A stretch of 40,950 bases of DNA, from IMG/VR virus record IMGVR_UViG_2531839619_000023. One strand, written 5' to 3'. The notes beneath the pieces were generated by a model. That model saw nothing but the letters and a program-made list of their open reading frames with translations. It was not told the origin of the DNA and searched no databases. The DNA comes from a virus (lineage: Duplodnaviria > Heunggongvirae > Uroviricota > Caudoviricetes). A program made the translations under genes and the position numbers. This document shows positions 9,107-17,506 of the stretch, one piece after another (the stretch's first letter is position 1; each line of letters opens with the position of its first letter).

Positions 9107-9532
9107 ATGGCAGAAACTCAGATGAGCATGTTTGGTGGTGACAGTGAGCAACTGCACGCCCTTATCGACCGCCTTGATGACATCCCTGATGATGTTCTCA
9201 AAAAGAACTGGCCGCGGACCCTGTCAGAACTGGTTGAAGTCACCGGCGCAGAACTTCAGCGTCAGGGGATTGAGCCGGTACTGGCCGGTAAACTGGCACG
9301 CAAGGTGGCTGCGGCTCAGGCAGCCTATATGGGCGGACGGGGTTATTACCTGCCGGTCGGGGAATCTCTCTTTGCCGAGCTGCGAAACAATGAGATATTT
9401 TCGCGCTGGGACCGGGGCGAGAAAATTGAATCCCTTCGCCGCCATTACCGGATGTCAGAAACCCAGATTTATACCGTCATACGCGAACAGCGCCGTCTGC
9501 ATCTGGCAAGAACGCAACCGCCACTTTTCTGA
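9107..9532 (+). CDS. Mor/C-family transcriptional activator (middle/late gene activator)
   Basis: 141 aa with C-terminal HTH (MSETQIYTVIREQRR) and the family's LPVGESL segment; sits between the early terminator and the lysis genes. I cannot tell whether it is the Mor or the C orthologue. Confidence 0.8.
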   Translation: MAETQMSMFGGDSEQLHALIDRLDDIPDDVLKKNWPRTLSELVEVTGAELQRQGIEPVLAGKLARKVAAAQAAYMGGRGYYLPVGESLFAELRNNEIFSRWDRGEKIESLRRHYRMSETQIYTVIREQRRLHLARTQPPLF

Positions 9533-9603
9533 TATTCCGCAAAGCCTGCCGCCTCTCCTTCACCGTTACGCTGACTCAGAGAACATCATGAGACAGCGTA
9601 ACA

Positions 9604-10104
9604 ATGCCAAAACTCCCCGCACCACTGCGTAAAAAGCTGATTGCCCTTGTTCTGGCCGGTGCCGGGACGTTCACGATTGCCACGCATTACACCGGTTACT
9701 GGGAAGGGAAAGAAAACTCCACGTATATCGATCCCACCGGTACACCCACCATCTGTTACGGCCATACCGGCCCGGATGTGAAACCGGGTATGACCCTGAC
9801 AGATGAAGAATGCCTGGAACTACTGGAAAAGGACATGAAATGGGCCTTTGCGGCCATTGATCGGCGTGTTCAGGTGCCGCTTACCCGTGGTCAGACGGTG
9901 GCGCTGGCTTCGTGGATCTTCTGGGCCGGTGAAACGAACTTTCGCAACTCCACGCTTCTGCGCCTGATCAATGCCGGGCAGATGCCCGCGTCCTGTAAGC
10001 AGTATATCCGCTGGATTTATTCAAAGGGGGTGAAACTCCCCGGCCTTGAGGCCCGCCGTTCGGCGGATGAATGGTTATGTCGCTACGACTTGCCGAAAGT
10101 CTGA
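9604..10104 (+). CDS. lys: Signal-anchor-release (SAR) endolysin, phage lysozyme (T4-lysozyme-like fold)
   Basis: N-terminal weakly hydrophobic SAR-like segment (LIALVLAGAGTFTIATHY) followed by the lysozyme catalytic region (YIDPTGTPTICYGHTG). Confidence 0.85.
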   Translation: MPKLPAPLRKKLIALVLAGAGTFTIATHYTGYWEGKENSTYIDPTGTPTICYGHTGPDVKPGMTLTDEECLELLEKDMKWAFAAIDRRVQVPLTRGQTVALASWIFWAGETNFRNSTLLRLINAGQMPASCKQYIRWIYSKGVKLPGLEARRSADEWLCRYDLPKV

Positions 10105-10177
10105 ACCGCTTCTGGCGACCGCTCATGATAGCGCTGCTGTGTGCGGTACTGCTGTTACGGGGTGTCCTGTGGCTGCG

Positions 10178-10567
10178 GTGAATAATGCCTTACCGGCCCT
10201 GATTGCCGGGGCGTGCATGGCGGCGCTGGGGATTATCGCTGTACTGGTTGCCGCTATATGGGGAATGCACCAGAAGACGCAGCGCCTTGAAGACAATAAT
10301 CAGGTGCTTGTGCGTGAGCGGGATGAGGCGCGTCAGGTGCTGGCAAATCAGCAGCACACCCTGCAACTCATTTCACAAATCAGTGAGGCGGCCACGAATG
10401 AAAAACAACAGAACATTCAGCACAGCGAGGGGCAGCAGAGCGTTGTCCGCCGGTCGCTGGCGGCAGTGCCTGCGGCCTCTGCCCCTGTTCCTGATGATGT
10501 GGCTGATCGGGTGCGCCGGGCCGTCTGTGAAATACGTGCCTGTGAAGCCGGTGCCGATCCCCGCTGA
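10178..10567 (+). CDS. Inner-membrane spanin (i-spanin, Rz-like)
   Basis: N-terminal transmembrane helix (LIAGACMAALGIIAVLVAAIWG) then a coiled-coil periplasmic domain. GTG at 10178 is preferred to the track ATG at 10046, which would overlap the endolysin. Confidence 0.6.
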   Translation: MNNALPALIAGACMAALGIIAVLVAAIWGMHQKTQRLEDNNQVLVRERDEARQVLANQQHTLQLISQISEAATNEKQQNIQHSEGQQSVVRRSLAAVPAASAPVPDDVADRVRRAVCEIRACEAGADPR

Positions 10568-10769
10568 ATGGCTGGCTGACTGCCTGGTCCCTCCTGCGCC
10601 GGAGCCGTTCACGTTTGGGGCATCGGTCACTTACAACCTGCAACTGCTGGCGGTGATCAAGAACTGCAACGTGGACAAGGCCAGTATTCGTCGTCTGGAG
10701 GCGCGGCGACAACATGAATTTACTGATATGGCCGGAACGCCTGCTGTTCCGGCAGGAAAGACGAAGTAA
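10398..10769 (+). CDS. Outer-membrane lipoprotein spanin (o-spanin, Rz1-like), overlapping the i-spanin in the +1 frame
   Basis: Lipobox LIGC after a hydrophobic stretch (PLPLFLMMWLIGCAG), proline-rich mature region; the start lies inside the i-spanin gene. Exact start uncertain. Confidence 0.55.
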   Translation: MKNNRTFSTARGSRALSAGRWRQCLRPLPLFLMMWLIGCAGPSVKYVPVKPVPIPAEWLADCLVPPAPEPFTFGASVTYNLQLLAVIKNCNVDKASIRRLEARRQHEFTDMAGTPAVPAGKTK

Positions 10770-10779
10770 GGAAAAAGGT

Positions 10780-11007
10780 ATGGATGATTCAGATCGTGCT
10801 CAGGCTGTGATGGAGCGGGGATCAGAACGCGCCCTTTGTAACCGGCTGACACGTAAGCGCCGGGCAATGGATGCTCCGGGCAGACGTGTCTGCGCGGACT
10901 GTGGCGGAGAGATCCCCGCCGCACGTCTTGTTGCTGTGCCGGATGCCATCCGTTGTGTGAACTGCCAGAACATCATGGAGGCCCGTCATGTGGGTCAGCA
11001 TCGTTAA
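10780..11007 (+). CDS. TraR/DksA-family C4 zinc-finger protein
   Basis: CADCGGEIP...CVNCQ four-cysteine motif; the ATG at 10780 is preceded by AGGAAAAAGGT. Confidence 0.7.
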   Translation: MDDSDRAQAVMERGSERALCNRLTRKRRAMDAPGRRVCADCGGEIPAARLVAVPDAIRCVNCQNIMEARHVGQHR

Positions 11008-11296
11008 AGATTATGTTGTGCCGATCCTTTCGGCGACGGCAACCGCTGGCGGGATATTCATGGCGCTGATGCGCAAAACGTTTGTCCCCCGCGAGGCCTT
11101 TGAAAAACTCTCCGACCGCGTTGAGAAGGTGGAAACCCGCCTGTCGTCACTGCCGACAGAAGCCGAGGTCAACCGTCTGAATGTGGAAATCGTGACCCTG
11201 CGGGGTGAACTGAAAACCACGAACGCCACGCTCCGCTCTGTCTCCTATCAGAACGAACTGCTGCTGGAGCAGGCTGTAAGGAAAAAAACGCAATGA
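10988..11296 (+). CDS. Membrane-anchored coiled-coil protein, releasin-like (Mu gp25 position)
   Basis: N-terminal transmembrane helix (VVPILSATATAGGIFMALM) then a coiled coil; at the end of the lysis cluster. Confidence 0.5.
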   Translation: MWVSIVKDYVVPILSATATAGGIFMALMRKTFVPREAFEKLSDRVEKVETRLSSLPTEAEVNRLNVEIVTLRGELKTTNATLRSVSYQNELLLEQAVRKKTQ

Positions 11297-11583
11297 GTGA
11301 TTTCATTACTGAAGATCAGCGTCTGGTCATTCTGCGGTCGCTGGCAGATTACAACGGTGAACTGGGTGAATCCGTGCTCCAGGACTGTCTGGATGATTAC
11401 GGCCACCGCGTGTCCCGCGACACCGTTCACACCCACATTGCCTGGCTTGCCGAGCAGGGACTGGTGCGCAAACGCGTTCTGATTAACGGTTATTTCATCG
11501 CGGAACTGACCGGCCGGGGTCAGGATGTGGCGGAAGGTCGCGCCAGCGTTCCGGGTGTGAAGAAACCACGCGCAAGGGGGTAA
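11293..11583 (+). CDS. Hypothetical protein (Mu gp26 position), possible winged-helix fold
   Basis: 96-aa ORF between the lysis and packaging genes. Confidence 0.45.
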   Translation: MSDFITEDQRLVILRSLADYNGELGESVLQDCLDDYGHRVSRDTVHTHIAWLAEQGLVRKRVLINGYFIAELTGRGQDVAEGRASVPGVKKPRARG

Positions 11584-11585
11584 CG

Positions 11586-12167
11586 ATGGACAAGCCGACG
11601 CGTGGACGCGTGCGCAAGGTGGATTTGCTCCCCGACAGCATCCGTAAGCCACTGCTGGAAATGCTGCGTGAAAAACGTCTGACGCAGGTCCAGATACGCG
11701 AGGAAATCAACCGTCTGATCCGTGAGGCGGGCCTGCCGGAAGAGCAGCAGCTTTCACCGGCGGCCATCAGCCGGGAAGCCTCCCGTAATGAGCTGATTGC
11801 CCGTAACCTGCGTGATTTACGCGAGCAGACAAAAGCCATGATGGCCGAACTGGGAGACAAGCCAACCGGTGAAACCACAGCGCTGATTCTGGAGATGTCC
11901 CGCGCCCTGATGTACCGCCGTCTGCGTGCCGCGACCGAATCCCTGAACAGTGACAGCGACGTGGATATGCGTCTTATTAAGGACATCCTCCTGTCAGCAC
12001 AGCGTGCGGAAAGTGCCGCCGAGCGCAGCATTAAGCGTGAAAAAGAAATCCGGGCTGCATTTGCTGAAGAGATGGCAAACGCCGTCACCGACGAGCTGCG
12101 CGGCGTGGACGGGATGAGTGAACAGCTTGAGTCCCGTATTAAGGGGATTCTGTTGGGTAAAGCCTGA
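11586..12167 (+). CDS. Terminase small-subunit-like protein (Mu gp27 position)
   Basis: 193 aa, basic N-terminus and helical; immediately upstream of the large terminase with a TGATG overlap. Confidence 0.65.
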   Translation: MDKPTRGRVRKVDLLPDSIRKPLLEMLREKRLTQVQIREEINRLIREAGLPEEQQLSPAAISREASRNELIARNLRDLREQTKAMMAELGDKPTGETTALILEMSRALMYRRLRAATESLNSDSDVDMRLIKDILLSAQRAESAAERSIKREKEIRAAFAEEMANAVTDELRGVDGMSEQLESRIKGILLGKA

Positions 12168-13831
12168 TGAATAACGCCGAAGAACTCTCCCCCTTACTGA
12201 CGAATACCGTCTCCACCCGCAAAATTGATCTGGCCGGTGAAAAAGCCCTGCTGGGCGTGGATGTGCCGGACAGCCTTGATTTGCCCGGTGATATGCCGGT
12301 ATTTCTGGATTATCAGGCCCGCTGGTTTGAGGATGAAAGCGAGGTCTGCATCGCGGAAAAATCCCGCCGCACCGGGCTTACCTGGGCGGAAGCCGGGCGT
12401 AACGTCATTACCGCCGCAAAGCCTAAGCGGCGTGGTGGCCGCAATGTGTTTTATGTGGGGTCAAAGCAGGAGATGGCGCTGGAATATATTTCTGCCTGCG
12501 CACTGTTCTCCCGTGCCTTTAACCAGCTGGCAGATGCTGATGTGTATGAGCAGACCTTCTGGGATCGGGATAAAAAAGAAGAAATTCTGACCTACATGAT
12601 CCGCTTTCCGAACAGTGGATTCAAAATTCAGGCACTGTCTTCCCGTCCGTCAAACCTGCGCGGCCTTCAGGGGGATGTGGTGATTGATGAAGCCGCGTTC
12701 CACGAGTCACTGGATGAGCTTCTCAAGGCGGCAATGGCGCTCACCATGTGGGGCGCGCGCGTGCGTATTATCTCCACGCATAACGGCGTCGATAATCTGT
12801 TTAATCAGTACATTCAGGAAGCCCGCGAGGGGCGCAAGGATTACAGCGTCCACCGCATTACCCTGGATGATGCCATTGCGGACGGGCTGTACCGTCGTAT
12901 CTGTTATGTCACCGGCCGCGAATGGTCACCGGAAAGCGAGCAGAAGTGGCGTGATGATCTCTACAAAAACGCCCCGACCCGTGAGGATGCCGACGAGGAA
13001 TACGGCTGTATCCCGAAAAAATCCGGCGGTGCCTATATTCCTCACGCGCTTATTGAAATGGCGATGCTCCGCGACATCCCGATTCTGACGTTTGAAGCCC
13101 CGGACGACTTCATCAGCCGTGCCGCATGGCTGCGTGAATCGGAGGTTTTAACCTGGTGTGAAGAACATTTAAAACCGCTTTTAGAGGCGTTAAATCCCCG
13201 TTCCCGCTTCAGCTTCGGGGAAGACTTTGCCCGCATCGGTGACCTCTCCTGCTTTGTGCTGCTGGAAATCACTGAATCCCTGGCAAAACGCGAGGTGTTT
13301 CGCGTGGAGCTGCGCAACCTGCCGTATGCCCAGCAGGAGCAGGTGATGATGTACATCCTGACCCGCGTTCCGGCGCTGGTCGGTGCGGCGTTCGACGCCA
13401 CCGGTAACGGCGGCTATCTGGCCGAAGCCGCGCTGCTGGCCTTTGGCCCGGACATCATCGACTGCGTGATGTTATCGCCGAAGTGGTACGGCGAGTGGAT
13501 GCCAAAACTGAAGGCCGAGTTTGAGGATCAGAATATCCTCGTCGCCCGCCATCAGACCACGCTTGATGATTTGCGCCATGTGAAGGTGGTGAACGGTATC
13601 CCGCAAATTGACAAGGGGCGTACGAAGGACCAGAACGCAACGGCTGTGAACGCCCGCCGCCATGGCGATTTTGCCGTGGCGCTCTGTATGGCAAACCGGG
13701 CGTCATACATGGAGGGCTTCATCCTGGATGAATCAGCCTGTCAGGCGCTGCCGGAGCGGTCGCGGGCCATGGAGGGCGGTTATCGTGATGACGATGAGGC
13801 ATATCATGAATTTGATCGGGGGTGCTGGTAG
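12167..13831 (+). CDS. Terminase large subunit (Mu gp28-like)
   Basis: 554 aa with an ATPase N-terminal domain (VVIDEAAFH Walker B-like) and a nuclease C-terminal domain; position. Confidence 0.9.
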   Translation: MNNAEELSPLLTNTVSTRKIDLAGEKALLGVDVPDSLDLPGDMPVFLDYQARWFEDESEVCIAEKSRRTGLTWAEAGRNVITAAKPKRRGGRNVFYVGSKQEMALEYISACALFSRAFNQLADADVYEQTFWDRDKKEEILTYMIRFPNSGFKIQALSSRPSNLRGLQGDVVIDEAAFHESLDELLKAAMALTMWGARVRIISTHNGVDNLFNQYIQEAREGRKDYSVHRITLDDAIADGLYRRICYVTGREWSPESEQKWRDDLYKNAPTREDADEEYGCIPKKSGGAYIPHALIEMAMLRDIPILTFEAPDDFISRAAWLRESEVLTWCEEHLKPLLEALNPRSRFSFGEDFARIGDLSCFVLLEITESLAKREVFRVELRNLPYAQQEQVMMYILTRVPALVGAAFDATGNGGYLAEAALLAFGPDIIDCVMLSPKWYGEWMPKLKAEFEDQNILVARHQTTLDDLRHVKVVNGIPQIDKGRTKDQNATAVNARRHGDFAVALCMANRASYMEGFILDESACQALPERSRAMEGGYRDDDEAYHEFDRGCW

Positions 13832-15420
13832 TGGGACGTATAATTGATCTTGACGGAAAACCTTTCTCCTTTGACCCGGAGATGCAGAGCGCCGCGCTGG
13901 ATATTCCGCAGATTGCCAGCCGTTATATTGAACATCCGGCCTCGGGTATCACCCCGAACCGGGCGGCACAGTGCCTTCGCGGGGCTGAACGTGGCGATCT
14001 GATTGCCCAGTCCGATCTGGCCGCTGACATTGAAGAAAAGGATACCCACCTTTTTGCAGAGCTGGGCAAGCGACGTCTTGCCATTCAGGGCGTGCCCTGG
14101 AGTATTGAGCCGCCCCCGAACGCCAGCGCGAATGAGAAAAAGGACGCGGAAATGCTCGACGAATATCTGCATTCCGCCGACTGGTTTGATGCCATGCTGT
14201 TTGATGCCACCGATGCCATCCTGAAAGGCTATTCCTGCATGGAGATTGAGCACGGGATGCTCGGTAAAATGCACATCATCCGCGCCATCCGCTGGCGTGA
14301 CAGCGGGCATTTCTGCCTTAACCCGGATGATTTGAGCGAACTGCGGCTGCGTGACGGCAGCCATGCCGGGGTGGCGTTTCAGCCCTTTGGCTGGATAGTG
14401 CATCAGTCACGTTCACGCACCGGCTACGGTGGTGCGACGGGGCTTGTCAGAACGCTTATCTGGCCGTTCATTTTCAAAAACTATTCCGTGCGCGATCTGG
14501 CTGAATTTCTGGAGGTGTACGGCCTGCCGATGAAGGTCGGTAAATACCCCTCCGGGGCAACACCGGAGCAGAAAAGCGCCCTGATGCGGGCGGTGATGGA
14601 TATCGGTCGACGTACAGGCGGGATCATCCCGGCCGGGATGTCGCTGGAGTTTCAGGCGGCAGCGAACGGTCAGGCCGATCCGTTTGAAACCATGATTTCG
14701 TGGGGGGAGCGTTCCATCTCCAAAGCTATCCTCGGCGGCACGCTGACCACGGAAGCCGGAGACAAGGGCGCACGTTCGCTGGGTGAAGTGCATAACGAGG
14801 TGCGCCGGGAAATCAGGGATTCTGATTTACGTCAGCTGGCCGCCACGCTGAACCGCGATCTGGTGTATCCGCTGTATGCCCTGAACACCGCCCACGCCAT
14901 TGATATCCGTCGCCTGCCGCGTATCTGTTTCCAGACAAAAGAGCCGGGGGATATCACCAAAATCACCAGTGCGGTGATGCAGCTCAGTACGGGGATGGAT
15001 ATTCCTGATCCCTGGGTACGGGAGCAGACCGGTATTCCACAGCCTGCCCCCGGTGAAGCCATCTTCCGTGTCCGTCAGAGTGGCAATGAACCTGCTCAGA
15101 CAGACAAAGAGATGCCACCGGAAAAACAGGAGAAGACAGAGCAGACAGCGCTGGCTGCCAGACTGCCGGAAGCGAAAAGCAGCCCCCGAGATGAACTGGA
15201 CGACATGGGGGATGCGGTGCCTGCCCGCCGGTTACAGGAGGCCATCGACCCGGTACTGGAGCCGGTCATTGATGCCATCAGAACGCGGGGGCTGGCGGAG
15301 GCACTGGCAGACCTGCCTGCCCTTTACCGTGAAATGGATGATTCCCGCCTGATGACGCTGCTCAGTGATGCCATGTTTGCTGCGGAAATGAAGGGGATGC
15401 TGGATGGCACAGGGGATTGA
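13822..15420 (+). CDS. Portal protein (Mu gp29-like)
   Basis: 532 aa following the terminase; acidic C-terminal region; GTG start overlaps the terminase end. Confidence 0.85.
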   Translation: MLVVGRIIDLDGKPFSFDPEMQSAALDIPQIASRYIEHPASGITPNRAAQCLRGAERGDLIAQSDLAADIEEKDTHLFAELGKRRLAIQGVPWSIEPPPNASANEKKDAEMLDEYLHSADWFDAMLFDATDAILKGYSCMEIEHGMLGKMHIIRAIRWRDSGHFCLNPDDLSELRLRDGSHAGVAFQPFGWIVHQSRSRTGYGGATGLVRTLIWPFIFKNYSVRDLAEFLEVYGLPMKVGKYPSGATPEQKSALMRAVMDIGRRTGGIIPAGMSLEFQAAANGQADPFETMISWGERSISKAILGGTLTTEAGDKGARSLGEVHNEVRREIRDSDLRQLAATLNRDLVYPLYALNTAHAIDIRRLPRICFQTKEPGDITKITSAVMQLSTGMDIPDPWVREQTGIPQPAPGEAIFRVRQSGNEPAQTDKEMPPEKQEKTEQTALAARLPEAKSSPRDELDDMGDAVPARRLQEAIDPVLEPVIDAIRTRGLAEALADLPALYREMDDSRLMTLLSDAMFAAEMKGMLDGTGD

Positions 15421-16735
15421 TTTAGGTTATGCCGCCACGCTTCCCTCAAAAGAGGCGGTGGCATACTTCCGCGCCAAAGGGGCGCATATCAGCTGGAACT
15501 GGTTCGAAACAGACGCGGATGTTCATGCCCGTTCGTTCACGGCGGCAAAAGTGGCACGCCTGGACGTACTGACCACACTACAGGCGGAAGTGCAACGGGC
15601 CATTGATGAGGGGATTTCACAGAAAGCATTTATCCGCACACTGACCCCCCGCCTGCAAAAGCTGGGATGGTGGGGAAAGCAGATTGTGGTGGACAGCGCC
15701 GGTAACGCAGAAGAAGTGCAGCTGGGCTGTCCCCGCCGTCTGGCGCTGATTTACAACGTGAACACCCGCGTGGCTTACAATGCCGGGCGTTACACGCAGA
15801 TGATGAACAACACGGACACGCATCCGTTCTGGCAGTATGTGGCGGTGATGGACAGCCGCACCCGCCCGGCGCATTCCGCCCTTAACGGTCTGGTATTCCG
15901 CTATGACGATCCGTTCTGGAATACACACTACCCACCCAATGGCTGGAACTGCCGCTGCCGTGTCCGGCCATTGTCTCAGACCCGTCTGGATGCAATGGGG
16001 TTATCCGTTTCATCCGGTCAGGATCATCTTTCCACCCGCAATGTTGAGGCTGGCGTGGATAAGCAGACCGGAGAAGTCAGAGAAATGCCGGTGACCACAT
16101 ATTCAGATGGCACCAGAACCATGACACCGGATGTGGGCTGGTCATATAACCCCGGTTCGGCGGCGTTCGGCACAGACCAGGCGCTGCTCCGCAAGTTGAT
16201 CGAGGTGAAAAGCCCGGCGTTACGGGAAATGGTGGTTCAGGAGATGAACAACAGCCCGGAGCGGCAGCTGGCGTTCCGCATCTGGGCAAAAAACATCATG
16301 AAAACCCGGCGAGGCGGTAACGATATCCGCACGCTGGGCTTTATGACCGAAAGCATTGCGCAGGCGGTGGAAAGCCGGACGGGAACGCCACCGGCCCGCC
16401 TGCTGGCGATGAGCGGTAAAAATGTGCTCCATGCGGACAGCATGAAACATCAGAATGACGGTATCGCCCTGACACCGGAGGATTTCGGGCGCTTACCGGC
16501 AATGCTGGCAAGGCCAAAAGCGGTACTGTGGGACAAACGGCACAACAATCTGATGTATATCGTGGAAAATCAGGATGGCAGTGTGCAGATTGCCGTTAAT
16601 GCACCGTACAGCCTGAAGCGTCAGCCGGATAAACTGGATGTGATTGTTAATGCTTACCGGGTTATCAATATGGATAAGCTGAAATCGGATATCCGGGGCG
16701 GAATGCTTGAGGTACTGGAAGGAGATATTGATTAA
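15404..16735 (+). CDS. Head morphogenesis protein (Mu F / gp30-like)
   Basis: 443 aa after the portal, with the conserved WNCRCRV segment typical of Mu F-like proteins. Confidence 0.8.
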   Translation: MAQGIDLGYAATLPSKEAVAYFRAKGAHISWNWFETDADVHARSFTAAKVARLDVLTTLQAEVQRAIDEGISQKAFIRTLTPRLQKLGWWGKQIVVDSAGNAEEVQLGCPRRLALIYNVNTRVAYNAGRYTQMMNNTDTHPFWQYVAVMDSRTRPAHSALNGLVFRYDDPFWNTHYPPNGWNCRCRVRPLSQTRLDAMGLSVSSGQDHLSTRNVEAGVDKQTGEVREMPVTTYSDGTRTMTPDVGWSYNPGSAAFGTDQALLRKLIEVKSPALREMVVQEMNNSPERQLAFRIWAKNIMKTRRGGNDIRTLGFMTESIAQAVESRTGTPPARLLAMSGKNVLHADSMKHQNDGIALTPEDFGRLPAMLARPKAVLWDKRHNNLMYIVENQDGSVQIAVNAPYSLKRQPDKLDVIVNAYRVINMDKLKSDIRGGMLEVLEGDID

Positions 16736-16736
16736 C

Positions 16737-16817
16737 GGTCAGTGGCGGGGGTCGAACCCGCATACATGATCCACCCGGAGGCAGGCACCGACTTTACCAG
16801 TTAAGCGTACACTGACC
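16737..16817 (-). other. tRNA-like minihelix (acceptor stem plus T-arm) with a non-canonical anticodon arm; possible tRNA remnant or structured RNA
   Basis: On the minus strand a 7-bp acceptor pairing (GTCAGTG / CACTGAC) flanks a perfect T-arm (GCGGG TTCGACC CCCGC, loop fits T-psi-C-R-A) and a GG-containing D-loop region. No canonical anticodon arm could be folded by eye. Confidence 0.3.
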
Positions 16818-16856
16818 GCCTGCTTATTTTATATTCATATTTTATACGGAGGCAAT

Positions 16857-17330
16857 ATGTCATCCATTGATGCCGCCGTCGTTGTTGACGTTACGCGTCT
16901 CCAGCGGGTCTTTGCCCGGCTTCAGTTTGTGGGTGGCGGAAAAGACCTGGCCCGCAGTGTGGCGTCCAGCCTTCTGTCATCGTCAGAAATGGCGTTTGAA
17001 CAGGAAAAAGAGCCGGACGGCGAACGCTGGCATGACTGGTCAGATCCTTACCGCAAGTGGCGTACCCGTAAGGGATACATGCCCGGCAAAATCCTGACGC
17101 TGAACGGCGATCTGGCCCGACGCCTGACCACGGATTATGGCGACACCTGGGCGCTGATTGGATCAAATGAGCCTTATGCGGCCATTCATCAGTGGGGTGG
17201 CCTGCCAGGTATGCCGCCGGGACCGGCGGCCATTGGTGCACGTCCGTATATGGGCTTTGATCAGGTGGCAGAGCAGGAGATCATGGACGAAATCAGAAAA
17301 CGCTTTAAAAAGGCCACAGAAACGCCTTAA
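16857..17330 (+). CDS. Virion morphogenesis protein (Mu G / gp31-like)
   Basis: 157 aa after F, with an ACGGAGG ribosome-binding site. Confidence 0.75.
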   Translation: MSSIDAAVVVDVTRLQRVFARLQFVGGGKDLARSVASSLLSSSEMAFEQEKEPDGERWHDWSDPYRKWRTRKGYMPGKILTLNGDLARRLTTDYGDTWALIGSNEPYAAIHQWGGLPGMPPGPAAIGARPYMGFDQVAEQEIMDEIRKRFKKATETP

Positions 17331-17506
17331 TTGTTTAAGGTATGCAAATGCATTACCTTACCCCCTTCAGGCGCGTGTCGTGATTTTCTAACCTGTATTT
17401 AACGGGCTTTAAAATCTGCGTGAAGCGCCTTTGTATTTTTCCCCTGGAAGCACTTCCTGAAATCCCGCAAAACCCGCCCTGAAAATTCCCGGCCTATGCT
17501 GCCGGA

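Noticed and set aside
10046-10177. Upstream ATG start (10046) for the i-spanin ORF as given in the ORF track
   Set aside because: It would overlap the endolysin C-terminus by about 60 nt and add a 44-residue non-hydrophobic leader before the transmembrane helix; the GTG at 10178 is more plausible.
11495-12088. 197-aa minus-strand ORF opposite the terminase small-subunit-like gene
   Set aside because: Arg/Ser-rich low-complexity translation antisense to a syntenic Mu-like gene; shadow ORF.
13804-14403. 199-aa minus-strand ORF opposite the start of the portal gene
   Set aside because: Antisense to the portal gene; no support as a coding region.
16737-16817. Functional tRNA gene (which would imply a tRNA-type integration site)
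   Set aside because: Acceptor and T-arm are canonical, but no anticodon stem with a U33/purine-37 loop could be formed, and Mu-like phages transpose rather than integrate at tRNA genes. Kept only as a tRNA-like element.
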